A DNA stretch of 64,000 bases from contig NC_043006.1 in assembly GCF_006345805.1 (NCBI RefSeq), positions 95,108,001 to 95,172,000 on the forward strand. Reading direction: 5' to 3'. The position numbers and the translations under genes were made by a program. This document shows, piece by piece, positions 12,486-24,452 of this stretch. Under the pieces are notes generated by a model, which was not told the origin of the DNA, searched no databases, and saw nothing but the letters and a program-made list of their open reading frames with translations. Source of the DNA: Octopus sinensis. Its lineage: Eukaryota. Within the stretch, counting starts at the first letter, position 1; every line of letters begins with the position of its first letter.

Positions 12486-13470
12486 AATGGTCTCAATACT
12501 GGAATGAAAGTAAAAAATAAAGATTCCAAATCCACATCTACATGTAGTAATGTGTAGCTTCATATGCTTCGAGATCCTCTGTTCCAAAAATTAAAATGAA
12601 TTCACTCCCCCCTCTCTCTCTCTCTCTCTCTCTCTTCATATATATAATATATATATATATATATATGCGTGTGCGCCACACATTTTTGTGTTATAACTTT
12701 TATTCGTAGTGTTTCCGTCAATAAGTGTCAGAATCGAGAACTTCATTTGTTATGAAATAAGTGCTATAAAATACTTAAACTCCGCCATATTTTATATATT
12801 CGTTTTCGATAATATATTCTATAGGTCTTCAACAGTTAGTTGCAAAATATTTCAAACCGCATGCAGTGATAGCTACCTCCCCACCAACGCTCCCACACCG
12901 ATCTTTCCCGGTATTTTTAAAAGTAGAAAATCTTATAAGAATTACTTTAAGAAGCACTTCTATCATTGTGAAATGTTGAATATCTATGAAGTACAGTGCA
13001 AGAATGGTGACAATAATGGAATATGTTTATAGGTTTTTAAACAATCTGCAAGCTCGACGAAATTGTCGAAAGAATAGCTAAGTGCATTGCAGTCATATTA
13101 TCAAATACACACTCACATACAATACAATGTTCATTATTTGAAAGCAATATAGAGAAGCAGCGGAACTTGCTATTTATTGAATAATGCTATGAGTGGCTGA
13201 GTTATATTATTGCAGAGCGTTTTAACTTTAACGATATTTTCAGGTAACAGCAGTATAACGTTGTACATGGCCATTCTAGACCTTTGAAAAACAGGGAAAA
13301 CTTTACAATCTTGAAGCGCAATGTCCGTGTAGTCAACAGCATTCTCTAGACCTAATAGGGTCCAAGCTATTGTGGAAGGTAGTTGATCACACGCGGCGGT
13401 GAGGGAAGACATTTTGCAAACTCAGTTGTTTTTTTTTTTATTTTTTCTTTTACAGTTGACCATAGAGACA

Positions 13471-13522
<52 letters not shown>

Positions 13523-13624
13523 CCTGAGGCTTCGTACTAGTTTTGTCGAGTCTACTTAACAAATTACTGTTTTTAACGTAAAACGTCGTAAGAAGACACA
13601 ATGTTTGATATGTACCAGCACAAT

Positions 13625-13671
<47 letters not shown>

Positions 13672-13719
13672 GTGTGTATGTGTGTGTATGTGTGTGTGTA
13701 TGTGTGTATATGTATTACG

Positions 13720-13835
13720 GGATCACATGATCAACTACATTATTGGATGTTCTTGTACATTGCTGCACACAATGCGCTTTGCATGGTTTTAGGTTTCGAA
13801 TAATGCTACACCGCTGGCTAGGTGAGCAGGCCAAT
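13720..13835 (+). mobile_element. R125 repeat copy
   Basis: gatcacatgatcaac..cacaatgcgctttgc..ccgctggctaggtgagcaggccaat; directly abuts the mariner end. Confidence 0.7.
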
Positions 13836-13838
13836 ATG

Positions 13839-14994
13839 CGAGGGGGTGCTAAAAGAAAACTGAAGTTTATCGCCTTCAAAATATTCTCCAATTAAAGCAA
13901 TGCATCGGTCCAGGCGTGTTTTCCGCTGGTCGAAGCAGTCCTGGAACTCTTGCGGAGTGATGTCATTTAACACCTCCATCGTTTTTATCTTTCACCTCAT
14001 GCACGTCTGCAAAACATTTTTCTTTAAGGACATTTTATTACTCGTGGGAACCAAAAAAAAAAGCGCTGGGAGCAAGATCAGGGTAGGGCATTTTCACCTC
14101 ACTGCGTCTTGCAAATGCTTCACAACAACCAAGTAAAGTGTCTGGTTAACAGTTTGACCAGGAGGAACAAATTCTGTGTGGACAATTCCTTTAGCTTCGA
14201 GGAAAAAAATCGGCATCGTCTTGATCCCGGGCTTTACTAGATTCGCTTTTTGAGGGAGTGGTGACATTGAATGCTTCCATTGACTTGATTGCTGCTTCAT
14301 TTCCGGGTCGTAGCCGTAGTACCAGCTTTCGTATCAAGAGATGACCTTTGAAAACTGATCCGGATTAACTTCCAAATGATCTTTCCGTTCTCGACATGCA
14401 TTCATCCGTGACTTCTTTTGATCTTCTGTGAGCAAACGAGGCACAAATTTTGCTGAAACTCTTTTCATTCGCAATTCCACGTTCAAAATTATTTGGCAAG
14501 CAGTCATATCAACAAGTTCGTCATTATTTCGGCGACGTTCCTCCAAGATCATTTCATGAGTTTTCGTAATGCTTCATTCGTTCGAGAGATGGTTTGAGAG
14601 GCCACCCTGAACGAGGTTGATCTTCAAGCGACTTGTGATAATTCCTAAAGCATGAAAACCACTCGTAAATGTGTGTTTTACTCATGGCAGCGTCCTTGTA
14701 AGCTGTTTGAGGTATTAAAACTGATTCGGCCACCGTTTTATTCGGCAGAAAACGGAATTTCACGGAAGCAGGTTGTTGCTTCGTTTCAAGTATCATAAAA
14801 GAAAACGACGAACAAGGGAGAAACACTGCAAAACAAAGACGTACTACGTGGCAGTACGACCTCACTGGATGACGTCAGTCGGCAGACTGATGCCTGACGA
14901 TTGCATCAAGTGGCTTCTAGCGGGCGAAGCCTGGAGTATCACGGGCTTGTCCCACAGAGAGTGTTTCTGGTTAATTTGGGTACCCCTTCTTACG
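13839..14994 (-). mobile_element. Mariner-type (Tc1/mariner, DD34D-like) DNA transposon, non-functional
   Basis: ORF pieces: ..YEWFSCFRNYHKSLEDQPRSGWP (HTH), RVSAKFVPRLLTEDQK (WVPHEL-like linker), GIVHTEFVPPGQTVN, then PDLAP and EFQDCFDQ..RCIA..GEYFEGD. Ends cgagggggtgctaaaag / tttgggtacccctt..cgta. Frameshifts and an internal deletion remove part of the catalytic domain. Confidence 0.9.
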
Positions 14995-15009
14995 TATATA
15001 TATACATAT

Positions 15010-15062
<53 letters not shown>

Positions 15063-15097
15063 ATATATAATATATATATATATATAGATATATATAT

Positions 15098-15154
<57 letters not shown>

Positions 15155-16406
15155 GATATATATACATATATAAATAGAGGCACTTGTGCATATATATGCA
15201 TACGTATATGTAAACATAAGTGTGCACATGCTTATGTGTGGGATGAAAACATAAACACGCGAAAAACTTGTAGGTTATCAAATTATGACTTTTATTTATT
15301 TATACAACTTGTATAGAGGAAAGAACACTGCGCGAGTTTAAGTCCCATATACCTGTTCTCTTACGTCATCAAGCATTATATGTCTTGAAATTTATGCCCA
15401 TACAAACACAGGCACACAAATATATATGAGCGAGCGCGTGTGTGTGATTGTAAAGTGTTGTTGCATCATCAAATGAATGCCTTGACGCTCCATCTTATAA
15501 GGTACCAGTTGTGAACTGGAGTCAATTCTTTGCCCTCCCTCTCTTCCTTTCTCCATCTCCCTCTCTCTTATCCTATCTCCCTTCTCTATCCACTCCTCAC
15601 TCTCTTTTTCTGTGCTTCTCTTCATTCTCTTTTATTTTCTTTCCAGAAGAAATTGGCCGCGTCCACTCTTCCAGAGAGAACGCCTCAACCTGATTCAAAT
15701 GCTCCAAAACACACCACAGTTGACCACCACTACTCTGTGGCGTCTTGATAAACCTCTAAAATATGAGGCAAAGTTTGCACATCTACACACACACATGCAC
15801 ACACACGTACACACATACACACACACGTACACACATCCACACACAGTTCATATTCTCGAAGCCAATCTCAAATATGTGTATAAATGTGTAGAAGCGACGC
15901 CATTCACTGAATTTGCCATCTATCAAACTCCCCACAATATTTCAGTAAATTCAAGACTACACTGGCAGACGTCTATCCATCCTACTGAACAATGGGATCA
16001 AACGCGGACCCTGTTGTTAGCGTCACGAAGTTTTTTACCGACACATCTATACTCCACTCAGACAACAAATAAAGATAATGATATATAACGTGGTGAAATG
16101 AAAATAAAATGACATCAATTATTTTATATAAAATATTGTTATATATTTGTCGTCATTGTTTCTTCATAATCTTTACCACATTTTGACAGATGTTGCAAAA
16201 TGTCATGTCACTAGAAATTGAATATGATAAATGCCGATGTAATAATAATGTATATTAGATAAAAGGAAAAGTAATGGATATTTTAAAAAAAAAAGTAGAG
16301 GATATTTCAATGGTTTTGTGCGTATATCTCTTTTTATTTCTGGTTTACTTCGTATTTTTTGTTTTCTCTTAACGTCTCTGTCTGTCTGTCTGTCTGTCTG
16401 TCTGTC

Positions 16407-16442
<36 letters not shown>

Positions 16443-16804
16443 TCATTCCCTTTTGCTATGACCTTTGCAGGCGCTCTATGTCTGCTGAGATGGCCACAGA
16501 CAGCTCCTTTGTTTAAAATTTGCAACTTAGTGATATTTAGACTAAAGGAGTTCCAGAAGGATAATCTTCTGGGGCAAACGATTGGGTATTGAAGTTAGTA
16601 CTGCGCATGATGTTGCGCATGAATTAAAACAACATGGGTGAATAAAATAGGCCGCTGCTGAAAGCGTAGAAATGGTATAGAGGGAAACATGTCTGTCGAT
16701 GCCAAAGTTTATGGTGTCTTTGCGGTCAATTTCATCCAGATCTGGAGAGTGATCCTTCACCAAAAGCATTCTATGATGACAGTTTGTGTAGTAACAACAG
16801 ATTC

Positions 16805-17230
16805 CCGGATATTCTTTTCTACTCTAGGCACAAGGCCCGAAATTTTGAGGACGGGGGCCAGTCGATTACAACGACCTCAGTGAGTAACTGGTACTTAATT
16901 TATCGACCCCCCAAAAGATGAAAGGCAAAGTCAACCTCGGCGGAATTTGTACTCAGAATGTAAAGACAGACGAAATACTGCTAAGCATTTCGCTTGGTGT
17001 ACTGACGTTTCTTATTATTTATTGCCCACAAGGGGCTAAACATAGAGGGGACAATGAAGGACAGACAAAGGAATTAAGTTTATTAAGTCGACCCCAGTGC
17101 GTAACATGTACTTAATTTATCGATACCGAAAGGATGAAAGGCAAAGTCAACCTCGGCGGAATTTGTACTCGAACGTAAAGACAGACGAAATACTGCTAAG
17201 CATTTCACTTGGTAAGACTGACGTTTCATT
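16805..17230 (-). mobile_element. SINE-A array: unit with Tx1-like tail followed by unit with standard tail
   Basis: Two bodies (aaggcaaagtcaacctcggcggaatttgtactc at about 16923 and 17140). The inner tail is tttattgcccacaaggggctaaacatagaggggacaa; the outer tail is ctactctaggcacaaggcccgaaatttt. Confidence 0.88.
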
Positions 17231-17234
17231 ATAT

Positions 17235-17334
17235 NNNNNNNNNNNNNNNNNNNNNNNNNNNNNNNNNNNNNNNNNNNNNNNNNNNNNNNNNNNNNNNNNN
17301 NNNNNNNNNNNNNNNNNNNNNNNNNNNNNNNNNN
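17235..17334. other. Scaffold gap (100 N)
   Basis: Run of N. Confidence 1.
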
Positions 17335-17869
17335 ATAGAACACGCATTCTATCGGAACTCAACAAAGAATTAAAGATGGCGAAGAGGTGTTAAAGGTTTT
17401 ATAAAATTTTAATCCACGCATACGATCGTTGCGAAAGGTAATATTAACATCTAAAAAAATGGAAAAGATTAGGAATTAATTCAATTATAATTATAATTAA
17501 ATTTATTACATATTACTTTTCTCCTCAATGCGAAAGAAGAATACATCAAAAAGAATACACCAGAAGAATATTATATTGTTAGAGAAGACTAGATGGAGTG
17601 AGTGTCACATAACATGTTCGGATATTCATAATAAGATTATGAAAGATGAAAGATAAAAACACGTCTAGGTATTGTTGAAGTGTAGTTGTGTATGAACTAA
17701 AACTGATATGGCTAACGGATATTTGGAAATGTAAGTGAAAAAGTTTTAAGAAACATTCTCTCTATATGAAGATAAGTAATTAAGTGATATACAATCCATA
17801 TAAAGCATTTATCATAAGAAGTAAAATATAATATATACTATATAGACATATATATGTAATATATGAATA

Positions 17870-17921
<52 letters not shown>

Positions 17922-17965
17922 ATACATATATTTGCATATATATATGCATATATATATATGTATAT

Positions 17966-18009
<44 letters not shown>

Positions 18010-18025
18010 ATTATATATATATATA

Positions 18026-18142
18026 TTGGCCTGCTCGCTTAGCCAGCGGGGTGCGTCATTTGAAGCTAAAACCATATGAAGCGCATTGTGACCAGCGATG
18101 TGTAACGACATCTGATAACCTGGTCGGTCACGGTGATCACGA
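18026..18142 (-). mobile_element. R125 repeat copy embedded in (TA)n
   Basis: ttggcctgctcgcttagccagcgggg..gcgcattgtgaccagcgatgtgtaac..ggtcggtcacggtgatcacg, with (TA)n on both sides. Confidence 0.8.
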
Positions 18143-18217
18143 TGATATATATACACACACCACACACATATATAATATATGTATATATATATATATAGTA
18201 TATATATATATGTATAT

Positions 18218-18266
<49 letters not shown>

Positions 18267-18267
18267 G

Positions 18268-18304
<37 letters not shown>

Positions 18305-18811
18305 GTGTGGTGTGTAAATAAATAAGCATCCAATGAGACAGCATAGCTATATTTACATTTATATATGATTTGACAGTCGTGAGTGGTATATAATGAAAAT
18401 AATGAAAATAAATTATGGCGTATATTAAAAAGAAATTGTTCTTAAAATGCCCTTCGATAAGAAATACGAATAGTTTATATAATTTTATATAAGTTATTTA
18501 AAATTCAAATGAAAAAAGATTTTGGGTATATACATGTATATATATATACATGTGTACATATGGAGATATATACACACATATTTACATCTATATACCTGTG
18601 TATAATATGTATAATATATGACATACGTATATGTATAAACTATATCAGTTTTATAAGTAAAATATAGAATACAATGTATAATATATTAATTATATTAATC
18701 GGTGTTAATATAAAGTTGAAAGAAGAAACTTTTGAAGCGATAATAATAATTACGATAGATAATTAAACATAATAATAATAATAATAGTAATAATAATGAT
18801 GATAATAATAA

Positions 18812-18852
<41 letters not shown>

Positions 18853-18890
18853 TAATAATAATAATAATGATAATAATAATAATAATAATA

Positions 18891-18930
<40 letters not shown>

Positions 18931-19439
18931 CAGAAAAAAGGTGAAAATACCATAAATCTGTATATATGTTTAACCAAAACGATAAACTATATCTATGAGA
19001 GTATGTATATTTTGTGGAGGTGAAGGCTCTGCACCTAGAATTACTGTAAGTATAAGCATATATCACCTGTAAGAGTGATTAATATCAGGTAGGTTTGTAA
19101 GGAACGCAAAATGATCTTTAAAATTAAAGACATATAATTTGGGATAGTTTTTTTTAAATATATACATATACAAATAGAATAGGTTACGAATAAAAAGAAG
19201 AAAAGACGGGAAAAAGATAATAAAAAATATATATAAGGGCAAAATAGTCACCGAAAAAGTGTTAAAAGGTGTTTGCATATATCAATAGTAAAAAGTATCA
19301 TAGAGATTGGCAATAGTTAATTATGATTATAAGAATAATAATATTTAGAATATATTTGAGAGACTCAAATGCAAGGACTCAAAGCTACTACCACCTGACT
19401 TGAATATAATGACACCAGTGGATTCGTATAAAACTAGAC

Positions 19440-20490
19440 GAGTACTGACGAAAGGAAAGAAAAAGGACGCGGGGGCAGTTTCTGAAGTACCCGTACGGGT
19501 TTACTAAGAAGCTGATCACTGAACCGAAGAGTTGAACCTTATCGTGCACAAAAGAATTGGACGCTCATATCAAAGAAAACATAGAGTGATCCCCACCGTA
19601 ACCAGCCACTGGCACCTATAAATGGGCAAAAGCATCTCTCAGAACCTGATATCGAATTTGAAATTGGGGACATCAGGGAGAAAGAGGTGAATGATTTCCT
19701 GAGAAAAGCTAGAGCAAAGAGTACCACAGAAGGTGATGGCGTCTCGTATAAAGTTTACTAATATTGCAGTCGATTGCGAAAGAAGCTCTTTGTCCTACTC
19801 CGACTGCTGTGACGCGAAGAGACTCTAGTAGAGGATTGGTCTAAGGCAGAAGGCATATACCAACCGAAGGAGGCCAATGCAGAGACTATAAAACAGTTTC
19901 GTCTGATATCCTTATTGAATGTAGAAGGCAAGATCTTTATGGGAATTCTGTTGAGGAGAACAGTGACATAGTTACAGAATAACGGATATGTAGATGAATC
20001 TGTTCAAAAGGCCGGAATCATTGGGATCCCTGGATGCGTTGAACACTGCTTTTCGGTTTGGAAAGCGATCCAGGATGCCAAACAGAACAAGAGAAATCTG
20101 AAAGTGGTATAGCTTGACCTAGCTAATGCATATGGGTCAGTTCCACACGAATTACTGATGAGATCCAGAGACCACTTCTACATTCCAGACAAAGTAAGCA
20201 AAATGATGCGGATGTACTATGACAGTTTCGAAAGGAGGCTTACAGCTGCAGATTTTACAATAGATTGTCACCGATTGGAGATTGGCATTGCTGCTGGCTG
20301 CACAGTAACTGTCACGTGATTTATCTTAGTCATGGAGATGATTTGGAAAGCCGTGGATTTTTCGGAACAAATCACCTATGAACAATCACCCCAGAAAGCC
20401 TTCATGGATGACGTGAAACTTCTATCTACAGATAAGTAAATCATGCAGAGTGCCCCCTTCAGATTAGACGAACTTGTGAGGAGGTCAAGG
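19440..20490 (+). mobile_element. HERO-like (R2 superfamily) non-LTR retrotransposon RT fragment, pseudogenised
   Basis: Manual translation across stops: KEVNDFLRKARAKS..GDGVSYKVY, FRLISLLNVEGKIF, VQKAG..IPGCVEH, LDLANAYGSVPH (20113-20148), GIAAGCT (20284-20304), AFMDD (20398-20412). Confidence 0.8.
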
Positions 20491-20521
20491 ACGCTGTTTC
20501 ATCCTCACTTTTTGTCATAAT

Positions 20522-20776
20522 TCAAGTGGATAGTATGTTTTTGGGGTTATTGTTACTTAATACATTGTTACTTAGCTTCATTATTTCTTCCTGGTGGGTA
20601 TCACGATCGCTACTTATAATCTTTGCTCGATGTTTTAGGCACTGCGCAATCACTTTCTTTACATTGTATGGATGGTGGGAATTGAAGTTGTAGTATCGCC
20701 CAGTGAAGGTTGGCTTGCGGTATACGGACGTCCTGAATCCATACTTGCTGTGTGTTATTAATACGTCCAGGAATGC
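20522..20776 (-). mobile_element. Penelope-like element RT thumb/C-terminal fragment
   Basis: Stop-free 85-codon frame not in the track: AFLDVLITHSKYGFRTSVYRKPTFTGRYYNFNSHHPYNVKKVIAQCLKHRAKIISSDRDTHQEE, the characteristic PLE RT motif (FLDV..SVYRKPT.TG.Y.NF.SHHP). Confidence 0.85.
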
Positions 20777-20779
20777 TTA

Positions 20780-21310
20780 TCCCCTACTAGAGTCTCTTCG
20801 CGCCACAGCTGCCGAATTAGTACAAAGAGTTTCTTTCGCAGACGATTGCAATATGTGTAAACTTTATACGAGATGCCATCACCTCCTGGGGTACTCCTTG
20901 CTCTAGCTTTTCTCAGGAAATCATTCACCTCTTTCTTTCTGATGCCCCCAATTTGAAATTCGATATCAGGTTCTAAGAGATGCTTCAGCCCATTTCTAGA
21001 TGGCAGTGGCTGATTAAGGCTTGAATCGCTGTAGGTTTCTTTGATATGAGAATCCAATTCTACTTTTGTGCACAATAAAGTGCCACTCTTCTGTTCAGTG
21101 AACAGCTTCTTAGTATCTCCGTACGAGTCCTCCAGAAACTGTTCACGAATCACTTTACTTTCTTTTATTTACACATATCGGCGGATAGGTCGCTGCACAG
21201 AACGGCATTTCCTTTTCAAATCGTTGTACAACAGCGCGAAGTCAGGTTTTTCATCTTTTGTAGCACATTTCTATCGCTTTCTTACGCTGGTCTTTTCCTT
21301 CCTCAACATA
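20780..21310 (-). mobile_element. Second HERO-like fragment, inverted relative to 19440-20490
   Basis: ORF 20758..21153(-) QFLEDSYGDTKKLFTEQKSGTLLCTKVELDSHIKE..KKEVNDFLRKARARSTPGGDGISYKVY is homologous to the + strand copy. Confidence 0.8.
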
Positions 21311-21321
21311 GTAAACTTTGT

Positions 21322-21537
21322 ATTCTTTTCTACTCTAGGCACACGGCCCGAAATTTTTGTGGATGGGACCAGTCGATTAGATCGATCTGAGTACGCAACT
21401 GGTACTCAATTATTCGACCCCGAAAGGATGAAAGACAAAGTCGACCTCGGCGGAATTTGAACTCAGAACGTAAAAACAGACGAAATCCCACTGAGTATTT
21501 AGCTCGGCGTGCTAACGATACTGCCTGCTCGCCGCCT
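21322..21537 (-). mobile_element. SINE-A with standard tail
   Basis: ctactctaggcacacggcccgaaatttt..gtcgacctcggcggaatttgaactcagaacg..gctaacgatactgcctgctcgccgcct. Confidence 0.88.
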
Positions 21538-22849
21538 AATTAATCTCTTATGTTAGAATACAAATTAAGTAGGCTCATGTATATGCCTTGGAAATAGTGA
21601 CAGCAAATAGCCACTATCGTTTGTTTAGTGCTGCTGTTTAAATAAACTGACAACCCACACATGCGTGAGTGTCGAACCTCCACTTTGATTAGTTACTAGT
21701 CAACAATATCATAGCTGTTAGCTAATAAGAAGAGGCGTTGGCTCAAAGCTAGGAGGTGATTGATGGCAGCAGTTGTTCAATTATGGAAACATGTTGAAGA
21801 ATTCAAGGACAAGCAAAGAGAAGAAGTAGAAAGTGAGAGAGGCTGTCGTGTTAGATCCTGAAACTACAGAGAATTGTGTGTGCGTATATATATATATACA
21901 CCTTCATAAATAGATAGATATGTTGATAGATACATACATGAGGCAAGCGCTTTTATGTGTGACATTTCACGTATGTGCTACAGGAAAATTTATGGTGGAG
22001 ATGACAAACGACTGAACATTACACCATTGCACACGGTTTACGGTTTACGGATTAACTCTTGAAATTAGCATCACATTTGTATTATAAGAAGACGTCATTT
22101 GAGAGGCGATATGCAATAAAACCAGTAATATCATGTTAGCTAAAGATGCAGTGATAAGGGAATTGGATCAAAGAGAGAAACACTTAGAAATACTGAGAAA
22201 TTAATAAGATGGAAAGAGTTCAACATATCCACGAATACCAGAATAGCTTAGGAATAAATTAGATGAATTAGATTAATATTTAAACAGAATTAAAGGCTAA
22301 AAATGAGGTAATAGGTATCAATACCCAAGATGCTCCCTTAACAATTTAAAGTTATAATATTCTCAGTTGTAATTTAAGTGGCTTAACAAGACAAGTTGGA
22401 AAAGCAAGGAAACTTATAAATGGAATTAGAATCGGTAATCCAAAAGCCGCGAGGAAAGATCGCATCTAACAAGAACCAGTGAATGAAGGCATCTCTGCAG
22501 TAGCGAAGGTATTATATGATATTTGCTGTTGCGTACGAAAATTTGAACTAATGAGCGAAATGGAATCCAATAGATATAGTTAAGCAAAATAAATGGCTGA
22601 TCCAAAGTAGTTGTAAAACGAAAAGTAGTTAAAATATCTATGACAGTGTTTTTCAATGTGTGACGCACGCCCAGCCGGGGTTGCGCATTTTGGTGTGATG
22701 TGGGTTACTTCACAATGGAGCAAGGATTGGTAAAAATGGAATAACAGATGCAATAAAATTGCTCCGAAGAGGGCACTTACACACACACACATGCATACAT
22801 GCATGTATGTGAGTAATCTTTATATTCTTTCCTTCCTTTAATGGTTCCA

Positions 22850-23265
22850 TTCGTAGGGCTACGGCCATGTTAGAGCAATACGTCAAATTATCCAATATTG
22901 GTTTTGTTGTTGCTTTATGGCTAGAAGTTGGTTTATGATCGAGTTTGTATCAGCTGGTATTCCCTGAATGTATCATAGAATGGTTGGCCGGTCTGGTGTC
23001 TTCGTTAGGATTTTATCCAATGATTTTTCAAGTGTTCCAGTAGATGCCCCTTTTATACTTCTGATTTCATCAGTTACGTCGTTGAACAATTGAGGACATC
23101 TGATTATCAGACTTGTAGAAGTGAGTGTTTTACTTCGTGATTTCGAAGGTGGGATATTTGGAAGTTGAGAGTATTCGTCAATTTGTGCATTGAAGTTTTC
23201 GCTAATGCCCAAGTTTGGAACATGCCTCTCCAGAATTTTCCATATGTACATTATGCACATAAGAT
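22850..23265 (-). mobile_element. CR1-like LINE 3' end
   Basis: ORF 22973..23260(-) IMYIWKILERHVPNLGI..RCPQLFNDVTDEIRSI..LEKSLDKILTKTPDRPT has the same motif as 1-440; the 3' tail ..tgctctaacatggccgtagcc follows. Confidence 0.7.
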
Positions 23266-23296
23266 CTATACTATATCTATATGTAACCCTCCTCTT

Positions 23297-23382
<86 letters not shown>

Positions 23383-23499
23383 AGTGTGTGCGTGTGTGTG
23401 TGTGTGTGCGCGTGTGTGTGTGTGCGTGTACGTGTGCGTGTGTGTGTGTGTTTGTGTCTGTGTCTATGTGTGTGTGTGTGTGAAGGCGCGTGGTTTAGT

Positions 23500-23715
23500 A
23501 AGGCAGCGAACTAGCAGAATCATTAGCACGCCAGGAAAAATGCTTAGCGGCAGTCCGTTCCTCTTTACGCTCTGAGTTCAAATTAAACCGAGATCGACTT
23601 TGCTTTTCATCTTTTATGAGTCGATGAAAAATGTACGAGCGAAACACTGGGTTTGATGCAGTCGACTAGTCCCCTCTTCAAAAATAGCTACCGTTGTGGC
23701 AAAATTTGAAACCTT
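23500..23715 (+). mobile_element. SINE-A, diverged
   Basis: aaggcagcgaactagcagaatcattagcacgcc..ctgagttcaaatt..gatcgactttgcttttcatc..gtggcaaaatttgaaacc. Confidence 0.75.
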
Positions 23716-24115
23716 TGTTATGTTCTTCAGTTTTTTCCCCTTTCGTTTTTCTCTCCCTCACTTGCTTCCTGTAAACTACCTCATCTCAATATACCTATAA
23801 ACTATCAAGCCCTGCGTCTGTCTTCATATATTAACCCGTTAATTGAAGGCTATATCGTGTTTTCCTGGTGATCCATTGTGGTTTAGCATTGAAATGAACA
23901 TGGAACATCTAAATTCTGAGTTTCAAATAATGGCAACAGTGAAACTTACGTAGGGAATAATACAGTGGAACCTCGGTTTTTGAACAACTCTGATCACGAA
24001 TAAATCGTACTTTATCTCCTGTCTTTCTCATATTCATTTAATATAGTAGTACCTCGATTTACGAACGCTTCTGAACACGAATAAATCCGGGCTTTATGTA
24101 TATATATATATATAT

Positions 24116-24155
<40 letters not shown>

Positions 24156-24166
24156 TATATATATAT

Positions 24167-24452
24167 AAACATTATTGGTGAATTGAAGAAATGGAGCTGA
24201 ACGCAGATTGAACAGAAATCGTTTTATTTCATTCTACACGTGTTTCGAAAGGCAAATTACCAAAATCCGATTGAATAATGGGACCATATTGTGTCTTTCT
24301 CTTCAGGAAGAAAAAAGGAAATCCGTTGGAAAAACGGATTATTCAATCGGATTTTGGTAATTTGTGCCTTTCGAAACACGTGTAGAATGAAATAAAACGA
24401 TTTCTGTTCAATCTGCGTTCAGCTCCATTTCTTCAATTCACCAATAATGTTT
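24167..24452. repeat. Near-perfect inverted repeat (about 113-bp arms, 58-bp spacer), part of a PLE-type terminal element flanked by (TA)n
   Basis: 24167-24279 is the reverse complement of 24338-24452, apart from a 2-nt indel (gcaaatt vs gcacaaatt). Confidence 0.95.
24228..24312 (-). ncRNA. Type I hammerhead ribozyme, canonical core
   Basis: Minus strand: UUCUUC-CUGAAGA-GAAAG(stem II)..~40 nt..CUUUC-GAAA-CACGUG-UA-GAAUGAA. All core nucleotides, the G10.1:C11.1 pair, palindromic helix III (ACACGUGU) and helix I (3 bp + bulge + 3-4 bp) are present; predicted cleavage is after GUA (24235). Confidence 0.75.

Noticed and set aside
16640-16700. GAAACATGTC hammerhead 3' half
   Set aside because: No valid core or helices upstream.
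16466-16800. Possible exon after tttgcag acceptor; protein-like stretch WGKRLGIEVSTAHDVAHELKQHG
   Set aside because: All frames are interrupted by stops and no family is recognised.
22420-22780. Possible CR1-like or host coding remnant (ORF 22426..22668 and + frame KASLQ*RRYYMIF)
   Set aside because: Similarity is too weak to support without a search.
23961-24089. Two pogo/Tigger-like TIR fragments (cagtggaacctcgg.., tagtagtacctcgatttacgaac)
   Set aside because: Direct rather than inverted orientation and no defined element; noted only.
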